Shown piece by piece: positions 41,590-50,646 of a DNA stretch of 64,000 nt. Positions within the stretch are counted from its first letter, which is position 1; each line of letters starts with the position of its first letter. Location: positions 567,100-631,099 of the forward strand of contig OZ244911.1 in NCBI GenBank assembly GCA_965221765.1, given 5' to 3'. The notes beneath the pieces are model-generated. The model did no database searches. It saw only the letters and a program-made list of their open reading frames with translations, and was not told the DNA's origin. The position numbers were made by a program, and so were the translations under genes. Origin of the DNA: Flavobacteriaceae bacterium (lineage in GTDB: Bacteria; Bacteroidota; Bacteroidia; Flavobacteriales; Flavobacteriaceae).

Positions 41590-42510
41590 TTAATACATTC
41601 GATCTAAGTGAACCTGATGCAAAAGGGGTTCCCCAATGCGAACCCTTCGAAAGTTTTCCAAAACTTGATGGATTCCTTCTTTAGGAGAAGAAAAACTAGC
41701 ATTATGTGGTGTAATCATGATTTTGTGATTGTTCCACAGTAGACTATCTGAAGGTAACGGTTCTTCTTCAAAAACATCAAGACAAGCTCCAGTTAAAATA
41801 CCCCGATTAATGGCTTCTAAGATATCCTTTTCCTTTTGAATTTTTCCACGAGCCACATTGATTAAATAGGTAGGCTGTCTAAACTTTTTAAATAAATCCA
41901 TCGAAAGCATTCCTTTTGTTTTTTCTGTCAGTGGTGCAGTACACACCAATACATTGATTTGTGATAAAAATGAATCTAATTGATTTCCACTATAGGTGGG
42001 AAAATTAGCTTTTTTCGGACTTAAACTATATCCGATTACTTGATGGCCCAAAAACTGTAGTTTTTTGGCAGCATCCATCCCCAAATGACCAATTCCAAGC
42101 ACACCTATGCAAAGCTCTCGTTCATCAAAGTCATATTGCTTCCATTGTTTAACCTGTTTCAATTCGATAAAATCATACCAATGGCGATGATAGTTTAATA
42201 CTCCTGTGATAATATAATTACTCATTGAAAAAGCCATTTGTGGATCTACAATGCGACAAATGGGAATCTTGGTTGATATGGATTGATCCCACACGATATG
42301 ATCTGCTCCAGCCCCCATCGAATAAATCAATTTTAGGTTTTTAAAATTTGAATATTTGATTCCTTGATTTCCCCAAACCATAATACACTGGACCTGATCC
42401 TGAAAAGGAGATTGATTGCCAATATCCAAAGGAATATGGGGAGCTATTTTTTTAAAAGACTTGATCCATCTAGCTTGTGGTTCCTTAGGAGCTGCAATTA
42501 AAAATCGCAT
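41590..42510 (-). CDS. D-isomer-specific 2-hydroxyacid dehydrogenase (GhrA-like glyoxylate/hydroxypyruvate reductase)
   Basis: NAD-binding GVLGIGHLG, catalytic region NVARG ... DVFEEEPLP ... ITPHNAS. 306 aa. Confidence 0.8.
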   Translation of the reverse strand: MRFLIAAPKEPQARWIKSFKKIAPHIPLDIGNQSPFQDQVQCIMVWGNQGIKYSNFKNLKLIYSMGAGADHIVWDQSISTKIPICRIVDPQMAFSMSNYIITGVLNYHRHWYDFIELKQVKQWKQYDFDERELCIGVLGIGHLGMDAAKKLQFLGHQVIGYSLSPKKANFPTYSGNQLDSFLSQINVLVCTAPLTEKTKGMLSMDLFKKFRQPTYLINVARGKIQKEKDILEAINRGILTGACLDVFEEEPLPSDSLLWNNHKIMITPHNASFSSPKEGIHQVLENFRRVRIGEPLLHQVHLDRMY

Positions 42511-42651
42511 TATTTGAAATTAAAATGGATTCAAAAATAAACATCATAGGCCCAATTTGATAATTTGTATCTGACGAATATTTGTAACATTTTATTGATT
42601 TTTTTATTCTAAATGATGGGAAATGATTTGGTTAATTTTGTATTGACAAAG

Positions 42652-43329
42652 ATGAAAATTAAATCCTTGATTTTGATGCTGTTGGTTATTCCTTATGGGG
42701 GATTTTTAATGCCATCTTTTGGACAAACCCCCACCGATAATCGACGAATTATCAATCTTTTTAATACTGAAAACCAAGAATCTAATGCCCCTAATTTACT
42801 ACCTCAAACCAAACGCTCTTTTTTATCTGGTAACACGGTTAACCCTTTTCAACCCCAAAGTAATCAAATAACCACAGTCAATAATTGGAATATGACTGGT
42901 GGAGAAAATTTTATTGATCCAGGGGAAAAATATCTCAGAAAGTTAAATACCGCCCATAATTCTAATGCGAATGAAGATAAATCATTGATGAGTAGAGTTG
43001 ATGTTTTTCTTGGTGATATTCGAGATAATGGGGATTTTGTTCAAATTGCCCTCAGAGACCATGAATATCCAGATGGAGACTTAATTCGAGTCTATGTCAA
43101 TGACATCGAGGTTTTTCCAAGGGTTCTTTTACATGAACGATATTCGATTCTTCAGGTTCAACTAGCCCCTGGGTTTAATAAATTGGATTTTCTTGCACTC
43201 AACCAAGGTTCTTCAGGGCCAAATACAGCAGAAATTAAAGTATTTAACGATCACGGAAATTTGGTTGGCAATGACCGGTGGTATATGGCGACAGGTGTTA
43301 AAGCAACCTACTTGGTAGTCAAAGAATAA
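42652..43329 (+). CDS. Secreted hypothetical protein
   Basis: The preferred start MKIKSLILMLLVIPYGGFLMPSFGQ is a signal peptide; the track ORF starts at 42613. No family recognised. Confidence 0.45.
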   Translation: MKIKSLILMLLVIPYGGFLMPSFGQTPTDNRRIINLFNTENQESNAPNLLPQTKRSFLSGNTVNPFQPQSNQITTVNNWNMTGGENFIDPGEKYLRKLNTAHNSNANEDKSLMSRVDVFLGDIRDNGDFVQIALRDHEYPDGDLIRVYVNDIEVFPRVLLHERYSILQVQLAPGFNKLDFLALNQGSSGPNTAEIKVFNDHGNLVGNDRWYMATGVKATYLVVKE

Positions 43330-43335
43330 TCTATT

Positions 43336-44691
43336 TTGCTGACCGACTTTTTCCAATTTTTTGAAAATCTTCTCAACTCTTTAATCCGCCCTTTTGAATG
43401 GGTGATGCTTCTACTGATCGTTGGCGGAGGCATCTACTTGGTCTTCCATTCTCGATTGGCTCCACTTAGAAGAATCTCTAAAGGATTTAAACTGCTAATG
43501 TCTGTAGATCAAAAACAAGGGATTTCCCGTTTTAAAGTTTTATCTGCTGTTTTAGCTGCAACTGTTGGACTAGGCAATATATCGGGAGTGGCCATCGCCA
43601 TTTATATGGGCGGACCAGGGGTGTTGGTTTGGATGTGGTTGACGGCCATCGTGGGGATGATTATCAAGTTTTATTCTTGTTCGTTATCGGTTCAACTTCG
43701 AGCTAAAGACCCTCAGGGTCAGTGGTTGGGAGGCCCAATGTATTACATGGATTTAGGCATTAAACGCTATGGAAAATCCATGGCCATTTGGTTTTCTATC
43801 GCTGGATTATTTGGCGTTCTTCCTGCATTCACCGCCAATCAAATGACAGCTTCGATCATCAATGTAGTTCAGCCTAATCAATACTTAGAATTTAGTGACT
43901 TTTATTGGAAACTCATTTTGGGAATCATTTTTTGTGTTATCAGTGCTGTTGTCATATTTGGTGGATTAAAAAAAATAGTCCAAGTCACTTCTTCACTAGT
44001 GCCTTCCATGGTAGGAGTTTATTTCTTATTAGGAGGATATATCCTATTGACCCATCGTTCTCAAATTATTCCTTCATTTGGAATCATCTTCCGTGAGGCC
44101 TTTGATTTTGAGACGGCGGTCACCGGTGGGTTTTGGGGATTGGTTTTATTGGGAATACGAAGAGCTGTTTTTTCTAATGAATCAGGGGTAGGCAATGCAC
44201 CAATGTATCATGGACAATCCCAAAGTGAAAAAGGAACTGATGAAGGCTTGGTGGCCATGCTAGGTCCTTTATTTGATACTATTTTGGTTTGCACCATCAC
44301 CGGATTGGTACTAATAATTTCACAAGCTTATCTCATCGATGATTTAAATGGCATTACATTGACTTTAGAGGCCTTTCGGTCCTTATTTTATGGGTTTGGG
44401 GATGAATTACTTTTATTAATGGTGCTGGTTTTTGGTATTTCTACACTGCTGACCTATTCTTATTATGGTGTCAAATGCTTAGGGTATTTAACTCAGCCCA
44501 AATGGGGCTATCTATATAACTACTTTTATATCGCTAGTATCGTACTTTCATCAATCGTTACTGTTGAAATCGTTGTCGGCATCATCGATTTGTCATTTGC
44601 CCTGATGTGTATTCCCAATATGATTGCTTTACTTTATTTAGCCAATCGCGTACGCAACGAAATGAAACAAAGACAGTGGCTCAGTCGATAG
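43336..44691 (+). CDS. Alanine/glycine:cation symporter (AGCS) family transporter
   Basis: Polytopic, with AGCS-like blocks ATVGLGNISGVAIAIYMGGPGVLVWMW and FSNESGVGNAPM. 451 aa. TTG start. Confidence 0.8.
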   Translation: MLTDFFQFFENLLNSLIRPFEWVMLLLIVGGGIYLVFHSRLAPLRRISKGFKLLMSVDQKQGISRFKVLSAVLAATVGLGNISGVAIAIYMGGPGVLVWMWLTAIVGMIIKFYSCSLSVQLRAKDPQGQWLGGPMYYMDLGIKRYGKSMAIWFSIAGLFGVLPAFTANQMTASIINVVQPNQYLEFSDFYWKLILGIIFCVISAVVIFGGLKKIVQVTSSLVPSMVGVYFLLGGYILLTHRSQIIPSFGIIFREAFDFETAVTGGFWGLVLLGIRRAVFSNESGVGNAPMYHGQSQSEKGTDEGLVAMLGPLFDTILVCTITGLVLIISQAYLIDDLNGITLTLEAFRSLFYGFGDELLLLMVLVFGISTLLTYSYYGVKCLGYLTQPKWGYLYNYFYIASIVLSSIVTVEIVVGIIDLSFALMCIPNMIALLYLANRVRNEMKQRQWLSR

Positions 44692-44849
44692 CGACTTCAT
44701 CTTGATAGTCTACGTGGGATCATCAAGAAGATAAAATCAACATGAGGTTCTATTGAGCTTCGTAGTTGAACATGGCCATTGTATATAAAAATGATTCATG
44801 AATTGAATAAAAATTTTTATACCTTGCTAAGTACTTAAACTTTCATGAT

Positions 44850-45275
44850 ATGAAACTATTAGGAATTTTACTCGTTATTATCGGTATTGTCGTGGGATTA
44901 CAATTTGTTTTGGAGCCCATTTTACATACCGCAACCCCTAAAACTCCATTCAGCCCCAATTGGAAGTATGTGAACATTGCCACGATGACTGCCATCGTTA
45001 TTGGATTGGTTGTCAGTTCATTACAAACAAAAAAGCCAGAAGGATCCTCTGCAAGTTGTGGCCCCTGCACTCGCAACAATGTGTATTGCGCAGGATATTT
45101 TGTTCTTTTACTCCTATTTATTTGGAACTATGCCCAATTATTCAATGAAAATTATACAGAATTAGTCGCAACTAAGGAGGTGCATTCGTTGATATGGGTC
45201 ATTATTGATGTTTCTGTGATTTTACTTTCTATTTCACTTGGAAAAGATTTATTGCAATCGAAACCATCAAGTTAA
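44850..45275 (+). CDS. Hypothetical four-TM membrane protein
   Basis: 141-aa hydrophobic ORF. It has a decayed tandem paralogue downstream. Confidence 0.45.
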   Translation: MKLLGILLVIIGIVVGLQFVLEPILHTATPKTPFSPNWKYVNIATMTAIVIGLVVSSLQTKKPEGSSASCGPCTRNNVYCAGYFVLLLLFIWNYAQLFNENYTELVATKEVHSLIWVIIDVSVILLSISLGKDLLQSKPSS

Positions 45276-45839
45276 ATTCTTACACTCGATAAATCAGAAG
45301 ATGATTCTCTTATGCTTTAATTTATAACTGATGGATTGAATTGGTAAATGCAAATAGACAGGGATTAGGCTAGTCTTTTCAGCAAGAACAGTTTTTATTT
45401 AAATCCATAATAAGAGTTGAAAACGGTGAATTAGCATGATAAAGAGATGAACCTAAATTTTCATTGGGCGTGTTTTCAGTACTTTTATGAGTGAAATTCT
45501 CACAGTTATTCATGTCTGATGGTTTCTTTTTCTAGATTTGATTAATGCATTTCAAATGCATTGACTTATAGAAAAACGATTCCATGAAGTTAAAGTCATC
45601 TATAGGGAATCGATAATCTTTTAAATGCATGACTTATAATTTTTATACCTCCCTCAAAAATTGGGTTGAACATTACTTCTTTTTTGCGGATTTTTTGAAG
45701 TTTTGATTCTTGGGATTATTCTAATTGGCTAAAAAAACGATATGCATTTTTGGGGGAACAGAGTTTGATATTGATTATTACACATAAAAATCTCATTTTT
45801 TTGATTAAAATTTCAAGTAAATTGGTTTTCTTAAGTTTC

Positions 45840-46266
45840 ATGAAATTTCTCGGCACTTTAGTCCTTCTTATAGGGGGTTTGGTAGGCCTTCGGTTGGTAT
45901 TAGAACCCATACTATATCCTTCAGCACTCTAGTCCCCTTCTAGTTCAACCATGGAAATATGGTAATTATGCGATGATTTTGGGAGTTTTTATTAGACTAA
46001 TTGTCACGTCATTTAAACTAAATCAAGTAAAAGAGTCTTCCCAAAACTCTAATTAGAGGTTCTCGAGAAAAAATCAATCGATTGGTTTTATTGCCATGGC
46101 ATCTCTATTCTCATGGAACGATGCTCTAATTCATACCCAAGGTTTTGTAGAAATGGCCAAAACGCAAACCCGTCGTGAAATCATATGGGAAATTATAGAT
46201 GTTTCTTTGATTTTACTATCGGTTTCTCTTCGAAAAGATTTGTTATGTTCACCCCATGATTTATAA
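45840..46266 (+). pseudogene. Decayed tandem paralogue of the 44850..45275 membrane protein
   Basis: MKFLGTLVLLIGGLVGLRLVLEPILYPSAL* parallels MKLLGILLVIIGIVVGLQFVLEPILHTATP. Later pieces in other frames (VQPWKYGNYAMILGVFIRLIV; EIIWEIIDVSLILLSVSLRKDLL) parallel SPNWKYVNIATMTAIVIGLVV and SLIWVIIDVSVILLSISLGKDLL. Contains stop codons and frameshifts. Confidence 0.55.
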
Positions 46267-46404
46267 TTCATTGCATTAAAAACGAGAGAGTCTTTTTATC
46301 CAAACTCAAAACAAACGATTATGATTCCACATAAACGGGAAAATGTAGGACAATTCCGTAGTGAACAATCTTGATATGCTAAAAAAAAGAATTAAATTTA
46401 CAAT

Positions 46405-46776
46405 ATGAGAGCTGGAGGAACAAACGAAGCTTTTTTAGCGTACTTCATCACCTTGTTTAGTTGGCAGTTTCTAACTCCTGTATTCACCGTTTTGGCTTCT
46501 ACGGCAACAATAACTATAGTCATCATCACCATTGTAAGAGGGGGTAGAAGAGCTAAACGTGAAATAGCTCAAGAGAAAAGAGAGATAGCTCAAGAGAAAA
46601 GAGAGATAGCTCAAGAGAAAAGAGAGATAGCTCAAGAATTGAGAGAAAAAGAGATGCATGAAGAACAAAAGGCTATAATCAAAGCCCAAGAGAATAGAAA
46701 GGAAGAAAAACATCGACTTGAAATGAAAATTCTCGAACAAAAACTAAAGGCGAATGCTAAGAATAACAAAGGGTGA
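46405..46776 (+). CDS. Small N-terminally membrane-anchored protein with a K/E-rich tail carrying (KREIAQE)x4
   Basis: 123 aa. Hydrophobic N-terminus (FLAYFITLFSWQFLTPVFTVLASTATITIVIITIV), then a charged helical tail. It resembles 62177..62494 in architecture and in the KREKAQEKR...EEKH string. Confidence 0.5.
   Translation: MRAGGTNEAFLAYFITLFSWQFLTPVFTVLASTATITIVIITIVRGGRRAKREIAQEKREIAQEKREIAQEKREIAQELREKEMHEEQKAIIKAQENRKEEKHRLEMKILEQKLKANAKNNKG
46558..46641 (+). repeat. 21-bp tandem repeat x4 (agagagatagctcaagagaaa; first and last copies imperfect), in frame
   Basis: Read directly from the sequence. Encodes KREIAQE heptads. Confidence 0.85.
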
Positions 46777-46972
46777 GTGAGGTAAGAAAAAAAGATGATG
46801 TGGATTAGTTTATACTCTATTCTTTCCAAACCGAAACACCCCCCCCCCACAAATCTTTAATCCCTCCATCGCTAGATGATACTAGTAATAACTCTCATGG
46901 GTGTTTGCTCTATATAGGCTATGTTCTACTCATGTCCCGTCATGATTTTTTACTTTCGTATTTTGATGGTAA

Positions 46973-48691
46973 ATGATTGATTCTGAGATTTCGGCTAACT
47001 ATCAAGCTTGGTTGAGTCCCCCTTTTGATGCCCAAACTAGAAACCAAGTAAAAAAGCTTCAAAGAAATCCTGTGCAACTAACAGAGGCTTTTGCAAAAAA
47101 TCTTGAATTTGGAACTGGTGGGATTCGAGGAATCATGGGAGTAGGAACAAACCGAATCAACCGATATACTTTGGGTAGATCGACCCAAGGATTGTGCAAT
47201 TATCTGAAGTCCGCTCATAAAGATGAGTCCATCACATCAGTTGTGGCCTATGATTGTCGAAAGAATAGTTATCAATTAGCAAAAGCGGTTGCCAATGTAT
47301 TTGCAGCTAACGGAGTCAAATGTTTTCTATTTTCAAAATTGAGAACCACTCCTGAACTTTCATTTGCGGTTCGATATCTAAAGGCTCACTGTGGTATTGT
47401 CATTACGGCTTCTCACAACCCCCCTCGATATAATGGATATAAAGTTTATGGACCTGATGGCGGGCAGATTGTCTCTCCCATCGATCAATACATCATCGAT
47501 GCCATTCATGGTATATCATTTAATGACATACGATTTGAAGCCAACGAAGATTTCATTGAACTCATCGATAAAAAAATTGATATCCCGTACTTCAATACTG
47601 TTTTGGAGGTTGCTAGAATCAACACTAGTAGCCATAAAAGTTTAAAGGTTGTATTTACTTCACTTCATGGGACGAGTATCACGGCTATTCCTACGGTATT
47701 GGAAAAAGCTGGATATCACCAGTTACAAATTGTTAAACAACAAGCCCAAATAGATGGCGATTTTCCAACCGTCGAATCTCCAAATCCCGAAGAGGTTAAA
47801 GCCTTTTCTATGGCATTTGAATTGGCTAAACAAAACGATGCTGAAATCGTTATTGGGACAGATCCTGATGGAGATCGATTAGGGGTAGGGGTTAAAACTT
47901 CCGATGGCCATTATAAACTGTTATCTGGAAACCAAACCATGGTTTTGATGACAGAATTTTTATTACATCATAAAAAACAAAAAGGGCAGTTGAATCGAAA
48001 CTCTTTTATCGCTACCACGGTAGTTTCAACACCTTTGATGGAAAAAATTGCCCATCATTATGGTATTGAATGTAAAATTTGTTTAACGGGTTTTAAATGG
48101 ATTGGTAAAATGATTCAAGATTTTCAAGACCAAGAGTTCATCTGTGGTGGAGAAGAAAGTTTTGGCTTTTTAGTGGGAGATGCCGTTCGAGATAAAGATG
48201 CTGTTTCAGCAACCCTATTGATTTGTGAAATCGCTCAGATTTTAAAAGATAAAGGCCATAATTTACTCGAATATCTTTCTGAAATTTATAGCAAATATGG
48301 TCTTTTCCATGAAGATTTGTTATCCTTGACCAAAGAAGGAATCTCTGGTTTTCAAGAAATTCAACAACAACTCAAACATCTTCGGGAATTTCCTCCTAAA
48401 ATATTGGCCAATCAACCCCTTGTCAGAATGAATGACTTTGAATCGTCAGAAAGTTTTGATGTTCAAACCAAGCAAGTTCAATCCATTGAATTACCCTCAT
48501 CAAACATGCTTCAATTCATTACTCGAAACCATTCCAAAGTGACCATTCGACCTAGTGGAACAGAACCCAAAATAAAATTTTATTTCAGTGTCCAAAGACC
48601 CTATCAATCTAACTACTCTCTTTTAGAACAATTAGATCAATTGGCTGAAGAAATTGGATTATTGAAACAAGATTTTAATCTTTCTCCATGA
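46973..48691 (+). CDS. Phosphoglucomutase / phosphomannomutase-family phospho-sugar mutase
   Basis: Active-site Ser loop TASHNPPRYNGYKVY, metal loop GTDPDGDRLGV, sugar loop GGEESFG. 572 aa. Confidence 0.9.
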   Translation: MIDSEISANYQAWLSPPFDAQTRNQVKKLQRNPVQLTEAFAKNLEFGTGGIRGIMGVGTNRINRYTLGRSTQGLCNYLKSAHKDESITSVVAYDCRKNSYQLAKAVANVFAANGVKCFLFSKLRTTPELSFAVRYLKAHCGIVITASHNPPRYNGYKVYGPDGGQIVSPIDQYIIDAIHGISFNDIRFEANEDFIELIDKKIDIPYFNTVLEVARINTSSHKSLKVVFTSLHGTSITAIPTVLEKAGYHQLQIVKQQAQIDGDFPTVESPNPEEVKAFSMAFELAKQNDAEIVIGTDPDGDRLGVGVKTSDGHYKLLSGNQTMVLMTEFLLHHKKQKGQLNRNSFIATTVVSTPLMEKIAHHYGIECKICLTGFKWIGKMIQDFQDQEFICGGEESFGFLVGDAVRDKDAVSATLLICEIAQILKDKGHNLLEYLSEIYSKYGLFHEDLLSLTKEGISGFQEIQQQLKHLREFPPKILANQPLVRMNDFESSESFDVQTKQVQSIELPSSNMLQFITRNHSKVTIRPSGTEPKIKFYFSVQRPYQSNYSLLEQLDQLAEEIGLLKQDFNLSP

Positions 48692-50511
48692 AACTATTAA
48701 AGCAATTTTTTGCTTTTGGATTTCCCTATAAAGGCTATGCGGCTCTCAACATCCTATTTAACTTTTTATATGCCCTATTTAGTGGCTTGGCTTTTATTTC
48801 TCTTATTCCCATGTTAGATGTGTTGTTTGGTACCAATCAACCTCAAACCTCACCACCAGTATACCATGGCCTTGAAAACTTTACAATCTATCTCAAATCC
48901 TATATAGATTATTATATACACCAACATTTTGATAATAATACCAATCAACTCTTAATTTTTGTTATCGCTATTGTTTTAACCACTTTTTTATTGAAAAACT
49001 TGAGCAATTATTTGGCATTATTTTTCATCACCTTTTTAAGAAATGGTATTCTTAGAGATTTAAGAAATCAATTATATCACAAAATCATCCATCTTCCGGT
49101 ATCTTATTTTTCAGAGAAGAAAAAAGGAGATTTAATTTCTCGAATGACCAATGACGTTAATGAAGTACACGTATCTTTTTTGTCTATGTTGGAGGTTTTA
49201 GTAAGAGATCCCTTGACCATTTTGTTTTCTATTTTTTTCATGTTTACCATCAGTATCCCATTGACTTTGGTTGTTTTGGTATTTATTCCAATTTCTGGTT
49301 TTTTAATCACCCAAATTGGAAAACGGCTCAAAAAAGATTCCGATTTATTACAACAACAACAAGGACGCTTTATGTCAATCATGGATGAAACCATCGAAGG
49401 ACAAACCGTCATCAAATCATTTCGTGCTGAAAATAGATTTATCACGGCCTTTATAACGGCTACCAAACGATTTTATCGCTTTTCTAATCGCTTTTTTCAT
49501 CGTTCAAATTTAGCTTCTCCTATGAGCGAATTTTTAGGGATTTGTATCATCGGTGTTTTACTTTGGATTGGGGGGCAAGAAGTGCTTAAAAATGGTTCAC
49601 TCTCTGGTGCATTTTTTATCTCTTATATGGGATTGGCTTATAATATTTTGACTCCTGCCAAAAACATTAGCAAAGCCTACTACAGTATCCGAAAAGCAGA
49701 GGCTGCTGGAGAACGGATTTTTGAAGTTTTAGAAATTCCTTCACAAAAAGACCACAAACAAGCCATCAATAAAAATGATTTTAACCATCAAATCATATTT
49801 GATCAGGTCTATTTTAAATATCGAGATCAGTGGGTTTTAGACGATCTATCTTTTACAATTAAAAAGGGTCAAATGGTGGCCTTGGTGGGGGCATCAGGAA
49901 GTGGTAAAACCACCATCGCCAATATTCTATTGGGATTCCAATCCATCCAAAAAGGGCATCTTAAAATCGATGATATCCCCATTGATGAAATCAAACGATC
50001 AAGTTTATACGAGCTCATCGGTTCGGTCGATCAACACTCTATTTTATTTCATGACACGGTGACCAATAATTTAAACATTGGTAAATCCGATGCCACTCAA
50101 ACAGAACTCACCGAGGCAGCAAGAGTTGCCAATGCTCATGAATTTATACAACAACTGCCCAATCAATACCATTCGAACATTGGTGAAGGAGGAGCTAATA
50201 AGCTTTCAGGAGGACAAAAGCAGCGATTGTGTATTGCTCGTGCAGTTGTTAAAAACCCACAGATATTAATTCTCGATGAAGCTACTTCATCATTAGATAC
50301 AGAAAGTGAAAAATTGGTTCAACAAGCACTAGAAAAACTCATGAAAGGACGCACAACACTCGTCATTGCACACCGATTATCAACCGTTGTAAAAGCCGAT
50401 AAGATTTTAGTGCTCGATAAAGGAACCATTGCTGAATTTGGAACCCACTCCGAACTCATTAATAAGCCAAGCATCTATAAAAAATTGGTTAATCTCCAAA
50501 ACTTGACATAA
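48688..50511 (+). CDS. ABC transporter, fused permease/ATPase (MsbA-like exporter)
   Basis: Six-TM N-terminal half. Walker A GASGSGKTT, signature LSGGQKQR, Walker B ILILDEATS. ATGA overlap with the upstream gene. Confidence 0.9.
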   Translation: MKLLKQFFAFGFPYKGYAALNILFNFLYALFSGLAFISLIPMLDVLFGTNQPQTSPPVYHGLENFTIYLKSYIDYYIHQHFDNNTNQLLIFVIAIVLTTFLLKNLSNYLALFFITFLRNGILRDLRNQLYHKIIHLPVSYFSEKKKGDLISRMTNDVNEVHVSFLSMLEVLVRDPLTILFSIFFMFTISIPLTLVVLVFIPISGFLITQIGKRLKKDSDLLQQQQGRFMSIMDETIEGQTVIKSFRAENRFITAFITATKRFYRFSNRFFHRSNLASPMSEFLGICIIGVLLWIGGQEVLKNGSLSGAFFISYMGLAYNILTPAKNISKAYYSIRKAEAAGERIFEVLEIPSQKDHKQAINKNDFNHQIIFDQVYFKYRDQWVLDDLSFTIKKGQMVALVGASGSGKTTIANILLGFQSIQKGHLKIDDIPIDEIKRSSLYELIGSVDQHSILFHDTVTNNLNIGKSDATQTELTEAARVANAHEFIQQLPNQYHSNIGEGGANKLSGGQKQRLCIARAVVKNPQILILDEATSSLDTESEKLVQQALEKLMKGRTTLVIAHRLSTVVKADKILVLDKGTIAEFGTHSELINKPSIYKKLVNLQNLT

Positions 50512-50526
50512 TGGTTGTCGATTGAT

Positions 50527-50554
50527 AAAAAAAAAGCGATCCATCGACCGCTTT
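50527..50554 (-). terminator. Possible rho-independent terminator after the GH3 gene
   Basis: On the minus strand, AGCGGTCGATGGATCGCT can form a 6-bp stem (including one G-U pair) with a 4-nt loop, followed by a T9 run (A9 on plus, 50527..50535). The stem is weak. Confidence 0.3.
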
Positions 50555-50646
50555 GAGTGTTTTCACAACGGAATAATCCTTATTGTGAATTGGAATCAAA
50601 ATGCAAATATAAACTTCTTGGCTGAATTATCTTGATGAAAGGCTTT

